A stretch of 32,000 bases of DNA, taken from positions 2,700,001 through 2,732,000 of the forward strand of contig OY969938.1 of the NCBI GenBank assembly GCA_963704755.1, read 5' to 3'. Under the pieces are notes generated by a model. That model made no database searches. It had not been told where the DNA came from and was given only the letters and a program-made list of their open reading frames with translations. The number at the start of each line of letters is the position of its first letter. The stretch's first letter is position 1. Made by a program: the position numbers and the translations under genes. Of this stretch, positions 1-8,326 are shown in pieces. Source of the stretch: an uncultured Chloroflexia bacterium (GTDB lineage: Bacteria; Chloroflexota; Anaerolineae; Anaerolineales; Anaerolineaceae).

Positions 1-731
1 TTGCTCACGAGGCCGGCATCCACCAGGATGGCATCCTCAAGAACCAGCAGACCTACGAGATCATGCGCCCGCAGGACGTAGGCGCCAGCCAGTCGCGCCT
101 GGTGATGGGCAAGCACTCCGGCCGGCACGCTCTCAAGGCCCGCCTGGCCTCCATGGGCTACGCCCTGGACGAGAGCGAGATGGACCAGATCTTCGAGCGT
201 TTCAAGGCCCTGGCCGATAAGAAGAAGCTGATCACCGACTCGGACCTGGAAGCGCTGGTGACGGATGAGTTGTACCAGCCCCGTGAACTGTTCGTTCTGG
301 ACGGGCTGCAGGTCGCCTGCGGCACCATGGGCATGCCGACCGCCTCAGTCCGCCTGCGCGACCCGCAGGGCAACCTGCACGTATGCGCCAGCATCGGCAC
401 CGGCCCGGTGGATGCGGCCTACAAGGCCATCGACACGATCGTCCAGGAGAGCAACACCCTCCAGGAATTCGTCATCCACGCGGTGACCGAGGGCATCGAC
501 GCCCTGGGTGAAGTGACCGTACGGCTCCAATCCGAGGAAGGCAGTTCCTCGGTGGATGCCCAAAAGGAAACCGACCAGCCGCGTTCCTACGGCGGCTACG
601 GCGCTGATACCGATATCGTGGTGGCCAGCGCCAAGGCTTATCTTTCGGCCCTCAATAAAATGCTGGTGGCCAATGGGCGCTACGGTGAGCCCGAATATGC
701 CTCGGTGGAGAGTGTAGCCACAACTAATTGA
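1..731 (+). CDS. leuA: 2-isopropylmalate synthase, C-terminal part (5' end cut by the window edge)
   Basis: Frame 3 is open from nt 3 (AHEAGIHQDGILKNQQTYEIM...), so the ORF-track Met at 63 is internal. The HxAGIHQDG end of the catalytic barrel is followed by LeuA regulatory-domain-like sequence (GTGPVDAAYKAID..., HAVTEGIDALGEV...). TGA at 729-731. Lies in a leuCD/leuB cluster. Confidence 0.85.
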   Translation, partial: AHEAGIHQDGILKNQQTYEIMRPQDVGASQSRLVMGKHSGRHALKARLASMGYALDESEMDQIFERFKALADKKKLITDSDLEALVTDELYQPRELFVLDGLQVACGTMGMPTASVRLRDPQGNLHVCASIGTGPVDAAYKAIDTIVQESNTLQEFVIHAVTEGIDALGEVTVRLQSEEGSSSVDAQKETDQPRSYGGYGADTDIVVASAKAYLSALNKMLVANGRYGEPEYASVESVATTN

Positions 732-738
732 TCCTTTA

Positions 739-769
739 CCCTGCCGGGCGGCATTTCCGCCCGGCAGGG
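739..769 (+). other. Perfect 13-bp GC-rich stem-loop just after the leuA stop; function unknown (no U-tract)
   Basis: CCCTGCCGGGCGG (739-751), loop CATTT, CCGCCCGGCAGGG (757-769). It is followed by an A-rich run, not a T-run, so it is not a canonical intrinsic terminator on either strand. Confidence 0.6.
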
Positions 770-881
770 ATACAAAAAACTCGTTATCAAACCGGTCTGG
801 TAGCCGCACAAACGGCGCGGAAAGACCCCAGCCCCTGGGTTGGGCCGGATTTATGAGCAAGGCCAAAGGAAGGAAAAAATC

Positions 882-1082
882 ATGAGCCCCGAGAATTCAT
901 TCACAGCCGAGTCTATGCGGGAAAAGCCCGCCGAATCGTTCCCGGAACCCCGCACCATCCCGGGTGCGTGGGACGTGTCCGCGTTTATGCCTGTGGAAAG
1001 CGTGCAGGAGTTTGCCGTCGCAGCAGCTGTAGAACCTTATTTACCGGTAGGAAGCCCTTATGTCCTCTTTGAAGAAGCCTGA
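882..1082 (+). CDS. Hypothetical small acidic protein (66 aa) between leuA and leuC
   Basis: ATG at 882 is preceded by AAGGAAGGA with a 7-nt spacer. The ORF is in the same orientation as the operon and its last 23 nt overlap the leuC start. I recognise no family. The ORF-track start at 840 has no SD. Confidence 0.35.
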   Translation: MSPENSFTAESMREKPAESFPEPRTIPGAWDVSAFMPVESVQEFAVAAAVEPYLPVGSPYVLFEEA

Positions 1083-2511
1083 AACATTATTCAAAAAAAT
1101 CTGGGATAAACATGTGGTGGTGGCCCAAAGCGGCGCACCGGCCGTGTTGTACATCGACCTGCACCTGGTCCACGAAGTGACCTCGCCGCAGGCCTTCAGC
1201 GGTTTACGCGCGCACGGCCTCAAGATCCGCCGGCCGGAGCGTACGGTGGCCACCATCGACCACGGTGTGCCCACCCGCTCGAATGGCACATCCCTGGGCC
1301 GCCTGGCCTTCGCCGACGAGATGAGCACCCGCCAGATCCACCAGATGGAAGAGAACTGCCGCGATTTCGGCATCAACCTGTACGGGTTGGACAGCCCCCA
1401 CCAGGGTGTGGTCCACATCATCGGGCCTGAGCTGGGCCTGACCCAACCGGGTATGACCATCGTCTGCGGCGACAGCCACACCTCCACTCACGGCGCTTTT
1501 GGCGCCCTGGCGTTCGGGATAGGCACCAGCGAGGTGGAGCACGTGCTGGCCACCCAGTGCCTGCTGCAATGGCAGCCGGGCAGCATGGAGGTCCGCCTGG
1601 ACGGCAGCCTGCCGGCCGGTGTAACCGCCAAAGACGTGATCCTGGCGCTGATCGGCAAGATCGGCGTGGGCGGTGGCATTGGCCACGTGTTTGAATACAC
1701 CGGTTCGGCCATCCGCGGCATGCGCATGGAAGAGCGCATGACCATTTGCAATATGTCCATTGAAGCCGGCGCACGGGCCGGTATGGTCGCCCCGGACGAA
1801 AACACTTTCCAATTCCTGGCCGGCCGGCCTTATGCCCCCCAGGGAGAGGCCTGGGAACGCAGCCTGGCTGAATGGCGTGCGCTGCCCAGCGACGAAGGCG
1901 CAGTTTACGACCGCAGTGTCATCCTGGACGTTTCCGCGCTCGAGCCGATGGTCACCTTTGGCACCAACCCGGGCATGAGCATCCCCATCAGTGGGCGGGT
2001 CCCTGACCCCGCCGGGGTGAAGGATGCCGACCAGAAAGCCGCCCTGGAAAAGTCACTGACTTACATGGGCCTGCGCCCCGGTGAATCCCTGGAAGGGCAC
2101 GCCGTGGACGTGGTCTTCATCGGTTCGTGCACCAATGGCCGCTTTACCGACTTGCAGTCCGCTGCCAGGCTTATGGAAGGCCGCCGGGTAGCCGAAGGGC
2201 TGCGTGTGCTGGTGGTGCCTGGCTCGCAAGAGGTCAAACGCCAGGCCGAAGCCGCCGGTCTCGACCGTATCTTCCGCGAAGCCGGGGCCGAATGGCGTGA
2301 GCCCGGCTGCAGCATGTGCATTGCCATGAACGGCGACCAGCTCGAACCGGGTCAGTACGCCGTGAGCACCAGCAATCGCAATTTCGAAGGGCGCCAGGGT
2401 AAGGGCGGGCGCACCTTCCTGGCCAGTCCGCTGACCGCCGCCGCAACGGCGCTTACCGGGCGTGTGGCCGACCCCCGCCGGGTCATGCAAGCCGGCGTGG
2501 TCAATCTTTGA
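1060..2511 (+). CDS. leuC: 3-isopropylmalate dehydratase large subunit
   Basis: 483 aa. Aconitase-family N-terminus ([11 protein letters not shown]..., [15 protein letters not shown]) and Cys ligand regions ([31 protein letters not shown]). AGGAAG SD 7 nt upstream. Confidence 0.95.
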   Translation: MSSLKKPETLFKKIWDKHVVVAQSGAPAVLYIDLHLVHEVTSPQAFSGLRAHGLKIRRPERTVATIDHGVPTRSNGTSLGRLAFADEMSTRQIHQMEENCRDFGINLYGLDSPHQGVVHIIGPELGLTQPGMTIVCGDSHTSTHGAFGALAFGIGTSEVEHVLATQCLLQWQPGSMEVRLDGSLPAGVTAKDVILALIGKIGVGGGIGHVFEYTGSAIRGMRMEERMTICNMSIEAGARAGMVAPDENTFQFLAGRPYAPQGEAWERSLAEWRALPSDEGAVYDRSVILDVSALEPMVTFGTNPGMSIPISGRVPDPAGVKDADQKAALEKSLTYMGLRPGESLEGHAVDVVFIGSCTNGRFTDLQSAARLMEGRRVAEGLRVLVVPGSQEVKRQAEAAGLDRIFREAGAEWREPGCSMCIAMNGDQLEPGQYAVSTSNRNFEGRQGKGGRTFLASPLTAAATALTGRVADPRRVMQAGVVNL

Positions 2512-2522
2512 GAGGAAACTCT

Positions 2523-3110
2523 ATGAACCCATTTACGACCTTGAAATCACGGGTAGTAGTCCTGCCCATGGACGACGTGGACACCGACCAGATCATCCCG
2601 GCGCGTTTCCTCAAGACGACCGATAAAGCCGGTTTGGGAAATTCCCTGTTTGCCGACTGGCGCTACCTGCCCGATGGCTCCCCCAAGCCGGATTTTTGCC
2701 TCAACCAGCCCGAAAACCAGGGCGCGCAAATCTTGCTGGCCGGGCGCAATTTTGGCTGCGGATCCTCCCGCGAGCATGCTCCCTGGGCGCTGGGCGGTTT
2801 CGGCTTCCGCGCCGTGGTGGCGACCAGTTTCGGCGATATTTTCCGCAATAATTCCCTTAAAAACGGCTTGCTGCCGGTGATTATCGACAGCGAGGCGTAT
2901 CACCGCCTGGTGGACGAGCTGATCGAAATCCCGCGGGCCGAAGTCACGGTAGATTTGCAGAACCAGACCCTCAGCCTGCCGGACGGCACCCAGGCCGCGT
3001 TCCCGATCGACGAATTTTCCAAGACTTGCCTGCTCAAAGGCCTGGACCAGTTGGGCTACCTGCTCGACCTGGCCCCCCAGATCGAAGCCTACGAAGCTGC
3101 CCGCGGATAA
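2523..3110 (+). CDS. leuD: 3-isopropylmalate dehydratase small subunit
   Basis: MNPFTTLKSRVVVLPMDDVDTDQIIPARFLK..., GRNFGCGSSREHAPWAL (aconitase swivel domain). ATG at 2523 has a GAGAGGA SD; the ORF-track TTG at 2508 overlaps the leuC stop and lacks an SD. Confidence 0.93.
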   Translation: MNPFTTLKSRVVVLPMDDVDTDQIIPARFLKTTDKAGLGNSLFADWRYLPDGSPKPDFCLNQPENQGAQILLAGRNFGCGSSREHAPWALGGFGFRAVVATSFGDIFRNNSLKNGLLPVIIDSEAYHRLVDELIEIPRAEVTVDLQNQTLSLPDGTQAAFPIDEFSKTCLLKGLDQLGYLLDLAPQIEAYEAARG

Positions 3111-3170
3111 GAAATTAACCACGGAGGCACGGAGAACACAGAGCAAAGAAAGATTCACAAAAAAAGATAA

Positions 3171-3330
3171 TGAACCACAGATATACACAGACAAACACTG
3201 ATATTGGAATAAAGATAAAAGGAGAATGCTGTATGTAGGATGCGGCAATACCGCATCCTACATACAGCCCCTTTCGGAAGAAAGGAGTTATTAAAAGAAT
3301 AATCTGTGTCCATCTGTGTATATCCGTGGT
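3171..3330. repeat. MITE-like inverted-repeat element in the leuD-cimA spacer
   Basis: Outer arms GAACCACAGATATACACAGAC (3171-3191) and GTCCATCTGTGTATATCCGTGGTC (3307-3330) share a reverse-complementary core, CCAC[A/G]GATATACACAGA. At the centre is a perfect 18-bp hairpin (3227-3267: GCTGTATGTAGGATGCGG / CCGCATCCTACATACAGC, loop CAATA). A partial extra arm copy (ACCACGGA) lies at 3118-3125. A/T-rich, with no coding capacity. Confidence 0.7.
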
Positions 3331-3366
3331 CAATCTCTTTTAGTGTTAGAGGAAAGGTTAGCTCTC

Positions 3367-4962
3367 ATGAAAATCCAAATCTATGATACGACTTTGCGGG
3401 ATGGGACCCAACGGAAAGACATCTCCCTTTCCTGCAACGATAAATTGACCATAGCCCAACGGCTGGATGAGATCGGGGTGGATTTCATTGAGGGTGGTTG
3501 GCCGGGTTCGAATCCCAAGGACGCCGAGTTCTTCCGCCGGGCGGGCGAAATGACCTGGAAGAACGCCAGGATCGTGGCCTTTGGCTCGACCTGCCAGGCC
3601 GATAAACAGCCGGCCGAGGATGCCAATATCCAGGCTTTAATGGCCTCGGGCGTGGGCTGGACCGCGGTGGTCGGCAAGACTTCGGTCCTGCACGTCACCG
3701 ACGTGCTGCGTACGACCCTGGAAAATAACTTGCGCATGATCGAAGAAAGCGTGGCTTACCTGACCCAGAACGGCTGCCAGGTTATCTACGATGCCGAGCA
3801 CTTCTTCGACGGCTATAAAGAGAACGCCGAATATGCGCTCCAGACTTTGCAGGCCGCCCATCGCGGCGGCGCGGTGACCCTGGTGCTGTGCGATACCAAC
3901 GGCGGGTCCATGCCCTGGGAGATCAGCGAGATCGTCCGGACGGTGCGCAGCCAGGTGGAAGGGGACCTGGGCATCCATGCTCACAACGACGGCGAGTGCG
4001 CGGTGGCCAACTCGCTGGCCGCCATCCGCGAAGGCTGTGTGCAGGTGCAGGGTACCATCAACGGCTACGGGGAGCGCTGCGGCAACGCCAACCTGTGCTC
4101 CATCCTGCCGGACCTGGAGCTAAAGCTGGGCTACGAAGCCCTCCAACCGGGTAAGCTGGCCTACCTGTTCGACCTTTCCCACTTTGTGGCCGAAATGGCT
4201 AACCTGACCCCCGATGAGCAGTTGCCTTACGTTGGCCGGGCTGCTTTTGCCCACAAGGGCGGCATCCACGTGGCGGCCATGCGCCGTAACCCGCGTTCCT
4301 ACCAGCACATCCAACCCGAGCTGGTTGGCAACCGCAGTGAGGTGATCGTTTCGGAGCTGTCCGGGCGGGGCAACCTGCTCAGCAAAATGGAAGAGTACGG
4401 CATTACCTTGCCCTCGCCTGAAAAAGTCACCACGGTGCTCAACACCATCAAGAAACTGGAATCCCAGGGCTTCTCCTTCGAGGCGGCGGATGCCTCGGTG
4501 ATCTTGATGTTCAAACGCCAGGAAGATGACTATCGACCGTTGTTCGAGCTGATCGATTTTGCCGCCCAGGTGGAGCATCGCCAGGGACGCGGCATCTTTG
4601 CCGAGGCTACCGTCAAAGTGTGCGTGGATGGGCTGGTGGTCCATACAGCCGCCGAAGGGAACGGCCCGGTCAATGCGCTCGACCTGGCCTTACGCAAGGC
4701 CCTGGTGGCCCGTTATCCCCAGGTGGAAAAATTCCACCTCTCGGATTACAAGGTGCGTATACTCGATGGAAACCACGGAACCAATGCCCAGACTCGTGTG
4801 CTGATCGAGAACCGCAACGGATCGCATCACTGGAGCACGGTGGGAGCCAGCACCAATATTATCGAAGCAAGCTGGCAGGCCCTGTACGATTCGGTCGAAT
4901 ACGGCCTGATGGTGCTCGACCAGCCGGAAGAAGAACCAATCTCAGAAAAAGTATCCGCCTGA
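3367..4962 (+). CDS. cimA: (R)-citramalate synthase (LeuA-related, CimA type)
   Basis: MKIQIYDTTLRDGTQRKDISLS..., FIEGGWPGSNPKDAEFF, HAHNDGECAVANSLAAI, and a C-terminal LeuA-dimer-like domain. About 531 aa from the ATG at 3367 (GAGGAAAGG upstream). The GGWPGSNPKD N-terminal signature is what I associate with the Geobacter-type citramalate synthase clade rather than canonical LeuA. Confidence 0.8.
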   Translation: MKIQIYDTTLRDGTQRKDISLSCNDKLTIAQRLDEIGVDFIEGGWPGSNPKDAEFFRRAGEMTWKNARIVAFGSTCQADKQPAEDANIQALMASGVGWTAVVGKTSVLHVTDVLRTTLENNLRMIEESVAYLTQNGCQVIYDAEHFFDGYKENAEYALQTLQAAHRGGAVTLVLCDTNGGSMPWEISEIVRTVRSQVEGDLGIHAHNDGECAVANSLAAIREGCVQVQGTINGYGERCGNANLCSILPDLELKLGYEALQPGKLAYLFDLSHFVAEMANLTPDEQLPYVGRAAFAHKGGIHVAAMRRNPRSYQHIQPELVGNRSEVIVSELSGRGNLLSKMEEYGITLPSPEKVTTVLNTIKKLESQGFSFEAADASVILMFKRQEDDYRPLFELIDFAAQVEHRQGRGIFAEATVKVCVDGLVVHTAAEGNGPVNALDLALRKALVARYPQVEKFHLSDYKVRILDGNHGTNAQTRVLIENRNGSHHWSTVGASTNIIEASWQALYDSVEYGLMVLDQPEEEPISEKVSA

Positions 4963-5040
4963 ACGCGCAAACAGGCCCGGCCGGTCGATTTCTGGCCGGG
5001 TGCTGCCGCGCTTTAGGGTGGGTACCACAGGAACGAATTC

Positions 5041-6102
5041 ATGGAAGCTACAATTGCATTGTTGCCCGGAGACGGGATCGGGCCTGAGGTGGTCGCAGCC
5101 GGCCGCCAGGTCCTGGATAAGATTGCCCAGCGTTATGGCCATCATTTTACCTATAGCGAGAGCCTGATCGGCGGCTGTTCCATCGACCGCTACGGCACCG
5201 CCCTGACCGAAGAAGCGCTCGGCAATGCCCAGGCCGGGTCGGCCGTCCTTTTGGGGGCCGTCGGCGGGCCCAAGTGGGATGACCCCACCGCGGCGGTGCG
5301 CCCGGAGCAAGGGCTGCTGGCCCTGCGCAAGGGGCTGCGCGCCTTTGGCAACCTGCGCCCGGTCAAGCTGTACCCCTCCTTGCTGGACGCATCCCCCTTG
5401 CGGCCGGAACGCCTGGCCGGGGTGGACCTGTTGGTAGTGCGCGAGCTGACCGGCGGGCTGTATTTTGGCCAGCCGCGCGGCCGCAGCCAGGTGGACGGGC
5501 ACACTCGCGCCGTGGACACCCTGGAATACCGCGACGATGAGATCGAACGGGTGGTGGACCTGGCCTTTCGCCTGGCGCGCCAGCGGCGCAGCAAAGTCAC
5601 CTCGGTGGATAAGGCCAACGTGCTGGAGTCGTCCCGCCTGTGGCGCCAGACGGCCGTGCAGGTTCATGAGCGCTACCCGGACGTAGCCTTGGAACACATG
5701 CTGGTCGATACGGCTGCCATGCGCCTGGTGGCCAACCCGGCCGGCTTCGACGTAATTGTGACCGAAAATATGTTCGGCGATATCCTCACCGACGAGGCCT
5801 CGGTGCTGGCCGGCTCGATGGGCCTGCTGCCCTCGGCTTCGCTGGGCTCCGGCGGTCCGGGCCTGTACGAGCCCATCCACGGCTCGGCGCCGGATATTGC
5901 CGGCAAAGGCATCGCCAACCCGATCGGTACGGTGATGAGCGTGGCCATGCTGCTGCGCTATTCATTGGACCTCTCCGCAGAGGCCGCCGCGGTCGAATCG
6001 GCCGTGGAACAGGCCGTCGCGGCCGGTAATCGCACGGCCGACCTGGGCGGGTCCCTGTCCACTCAGCAAATGACGGACGCGATCCTGGGCTATTTGGAAT
6101 AA
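5041..6102 (+). CDS. leuB: 3-isopropylmalate dehydrogenase
   Basis: [13 protein letters not shown]..., [61 protein letters not shown] upstream. Confidence 0.95.
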   Translation: MEATIALLPGDGIGPEVVAAGRQVLDKIAQRYGHHFTYSESLIGGCSIDRYGTALTEEALGNAQAGSAVLLGAVGGPKWDDPTAAVRPEQGLLALRKGLRAFGNLRPVKLYPSLLDASPLRPERLAGVDLLVVRELTGGLYFGQPRGRSQVDGHTRAVDTLEYRDDEIERVVDLAFRLARQRRSKVTSVDKANVLESSRLWRQTAVQVHERYPDVALEHMLVDTAAMRLVANPAGFDVIVTENMFGDILTDEASVLAGSMGLLPSASLGSGGPGLYEPIHGSAPDIAGKGIANPIGTVMSVAMLLRYSLDLSAEAAAVESAVEQAVAAGNRTADLGGSLSTQQMTDAILGYLE

Positions 6103-6132
6103 GTTGTTTGTGATTGAACTTTAAAGAAAATC

Positions 6133-6472
6133 CCTCCATCCCCCCTTACGAAGGGGGGATGGAGGCGGGGGCTCGCGCTGGTCGAGAGGCGCCCTGGCCT
6201 GCGAGGGAAGTGCCCCCTCCTAACCTCCCCCAAAATCCAAAGTGCGGATTTTAGGGGAGGGATCAAGCTCTTCCCTCCAAATCGGGTTTTGATTTGGGGG
6301 GAAGCGGGGAAGGGGGGCAAAGCCTTCGGTTATCCAGGCTCACGTCACCGGGCTCTTTCCCCTCTCCCGTTCTGGGAGAAGGGCCAGGGGTGAGGGCCGG
6401 CGCCGGCCGGGAGGCGCACTGGCCGGCCGGGGACTGCGCCCCCATCCCGGCCTTCCCCAAAAATGGGGAAGG
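6133..6472. repeat. Field of C-tract/G-tract hairpin repeats filling the 448-nt leuB-ilvE spacer
   Basis: Hairpins read directly:
- 6133-6165: 15-bp perfect stem, CCTCCATCCCCCCTT-ACG-AAGGGGGGATGGAGG.
- 6224-6260: 15-bp stem, 1 mismatch.
- 6270-6304: 14-bp stem, 1 mismatch.
- About 6358-6385: TCTCCC/GGGAGA.
- 6396-6409: 14-nt perfect palindrome GGCCGGCGCCGGCC.
- 6451-6472: 9-bp stem, CCTTCCCCA-AAAA-TGGGGAAGG.
ORFs 6090..6320-, 6263..6589- and 6294..6560+ run through these and are P/G/R-rich artefacts. Confidence 0.8.
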
Positions 6473-6550
6473 AGCAAGATTCCGGTGTTCAATTCTCATT
6501 TTTCTTAAATTCTTGCCAACCAAAATATCATTGAAACGAGGAGAAATTCC

Positions 6551-7474
6551 ATGTCGGTAGATATAAAATATATCTGGATGGACGGCCAAATGGTCGAATA
6601 TGAAAAAGCAACGGTACCTTTCCTTTCACCGGCTCTGCACTACGGTTTAGGCGTTTTCGAGGGGATTCGCTGTTACGCCACCAGCCGTGGCCCGGCCGTC
6701 TTTCGCCTGCGCGACCATATGAAGCGCCTGATCCAGTCCGCCCAGGTGCTCGGCTTTCGCAGCCTGCCCTACGGCGTCGATGAGCTGTGCCAGGCCACCA
6801 AGGATATGGTCAAGGCCAACGAATTCGCCTCCTGCTACATTCGCCCCCTGATCTACCTCGATAGCGAGATCCCCGGCCTTAACCTGGACAGCGGCGTGGC
6901 CAAAGTTGGTATCGCCGGCTGGCGCTGGGATAGCTACCTGGGCGAAGAGGCCATGGAGAAAGGTATCCGCGCCAACGTCTCCTCGTTCACCCGCCATCAC
7001 CCCAACGTGAACATGATTAAGGCCAAGGCCACCGGCAATTACACCAACAGCACCCTGGCCAAGACCGAGTCACTCCGCCTGGGCTTTGATGAGGCCATCA
7101 TGCTCGACCCGCAGGGTTACGTGGCCGAGTGCTCCGGTGAAAATATCTTTGTGGTCCGCCGCGGCACCATTTACACCCCGCCCCTGGCCACCGTGCTGGA
7201 GGGCATCACCCGCAATTCGCTCATTGCCGTGGCAAACGACCTGGGCTACAAGGTGGCCGAACAGTCCCTCGGCCGGGATATGCTCTACACGGCCGATGAG
7301 GTCTTCGTCTGCGGCACTGCCGCCGAGGTGGTCGCCGTGTGCGAGATCGATTTCCGCACCATCGGTGCCGGCAGCATGGGCCCGATCACCCGCGCATTAC
7401 AGAAAGGCTTCCACGCAGCCGCCCGCGGTGAAACCGACCGCTACGCGGCCTGGCTGGATTACGTAAACGAATGA
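6551..7474 (+). CDS. ilvE: Branched-chain amino-acid aminotransferase (class IV PLP enzyme)
   Basis: IWMDGQMVEYEKATVPFLSPALHYGLGVFEGIRCY..., KAKATGNYTNS, EGITR. AGGAG SD. Its stop overlaps the pheA start (ATGA at 7471-7474). Confidence 0.93.
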   Translation: MSVDIKYIWMDGQMVEYEKATVPFLSPALHYGLGVFEGIRCYATSRGPAVFRLRDHMKRLIQSAQVLGFRSLPYGVDELCQATKDMVKANEFASCYIRPLIYLDSEIPGLNLDSGVAKVGIAGWRWDSYLGEEAMEKGIRANVSSFTRHHPNVNMIKAKATGNYTNSTLAKTESLRLGFDEAIMLDPQGYVAECSGENIFVVRRGTIYTPPLATVLEGITRNSLIAVANDLGYKVAEQSLGRDMLYTADEVFVCGTAAEVVAVCEIDFRTIGAGSMGPITRALQKGFHAAARGETDRYAAWLDYVNE

Positions 7475-8280
7475 AAACAGCTTTCCAGGGAGAACACGGC
7501 GCCTATTCGGAGGCTGCCGTTTGCGAGCATTACCCCGCGGGCTGCGAGACGCTGCCCTGCGCCAGCTTCAACGATGTCTTTGACGCCGTCAACCAGTCCG
7601 AATGCGACAACGGCTTTATCCCCATCGAGAACTCGCTGGCCGGCAGCATCCACCAGAACTACGACCTGCTGCTGCACAACCAGCTTTACGTCACCGGTGA
7701 GCACTACCTGCGCGTCTCGCACTGCCTGATCGGCCTGCCGGGAACGCGTATGGAGGATGTGCGTAAAGTCATCAGCCACCCCCAGGCGTTGGCCCAGTGC
7801 GATGGCTATCTACGCGCGCTGCCGGGCGTGGAGATCGAGCCGGTGTACGATACTGCCGGCAGCGTCAAGCTGGTCAAGGACGCCGGCGACCCGCAGGTGG
7901 CTGCGATCGCTTCCCGCCAGGCGGCCGTCTTGTACGGTATGCAGATCCTGGCCGAGAGCATCGAGGACATGGAGGCCAACTTTACCCGCTTCCTGATCAT
8001 CTCCCGTGAGCCGGCCGATCCGGCCCAAAATGCCAAGACTTCGCTGGTGTTCTCGCTGCAAAATCACGCCGGGGCGCTCTACCGCGCCCTGAGCGTCTTT
8101 GCCCTGCGCGACATCGACCTGACCAAGATCGAGTCGCGCCCCCTGACGGGCAAACCCTGGGAATATTTCTTTTACATCGACCTGATCGGCAGCATTCAGG
8201 ATAAAGTGGTCCAGAACGCGCTGGCCAACCTGGAAGAATTTGCCACCTACCTGCGCATTTTAGGCTCGTACCCCCGGTAA
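7471..8280 (+). CDS. pheA: Prephenate dehydratase (PDT domain + C-terminal ACT domain)
   Basis: AFQGEHGAYSEAA..., IPIENSLAGSI, SHPQALAQC, TRFLII, then an ACT-like segment (TSLVFSLQNHAGALYRALSVFALRDIDLTKIESRP). No chorismate mutase domain. Confidence 0.9.
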   Translation: MKTAFQGEHGAYSEAAVCEHYPAGCETLPCASFNDVFDAVNQSECDNGFIPIENSLAGSIHQNYDLLLHNQLYVTGEHYLRVSHCLIGLPGTRMEDVRKVISHPQALAQCDGYLRALPGVEIEPVYDTAGSVKLVKDAGDPQVAAIASRQAAVLYGMQILAESIEDMEANFTRFLIISREPADPAQNAKTSLVFSLQNHAGALYRALSVFALRDIDLTKIESRPLTGKPWEYFFYIDLIGSIQDKVVQNALANLEEFATYLRILGSYPR

Positions 8281-8326
8281 CGGTAAATAGCCCGCTGCGG
8301 CAGGTTTGGCAGTCACCCGGCCCAGG

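Noticed and set aside
2508-3366. Upstream alternative starts from the ORF track (leuD TTG 2508, cimA 3316, cupin 19288, Fe-S TTG 18488, nuoN GTG 30479)
   Set aside because: In each case a downstream ATG has a properly spaced SD and the protein family N-terminus begins there. The upstream extension adds non-homologous residues or runs into repeat DNA.
4942-5880. Long antisense or alternative-frame ORFs inside well-supported genes (e.g. 4942..5880-, 345..866-, 1204..1812-, 10404..11060+, 13350..14063+, 17304..18062+, 17461..18138-, 29166..29975+, 30508..31143+, 31276..31848+)
   Set aside because: They are Arg/Gly/Ala/Pro/His-rich translations typical of non-coding frames in high-GC DNA. Each fully overlaps a gene with clear family motifs, and none has an SD or recognisable domain.
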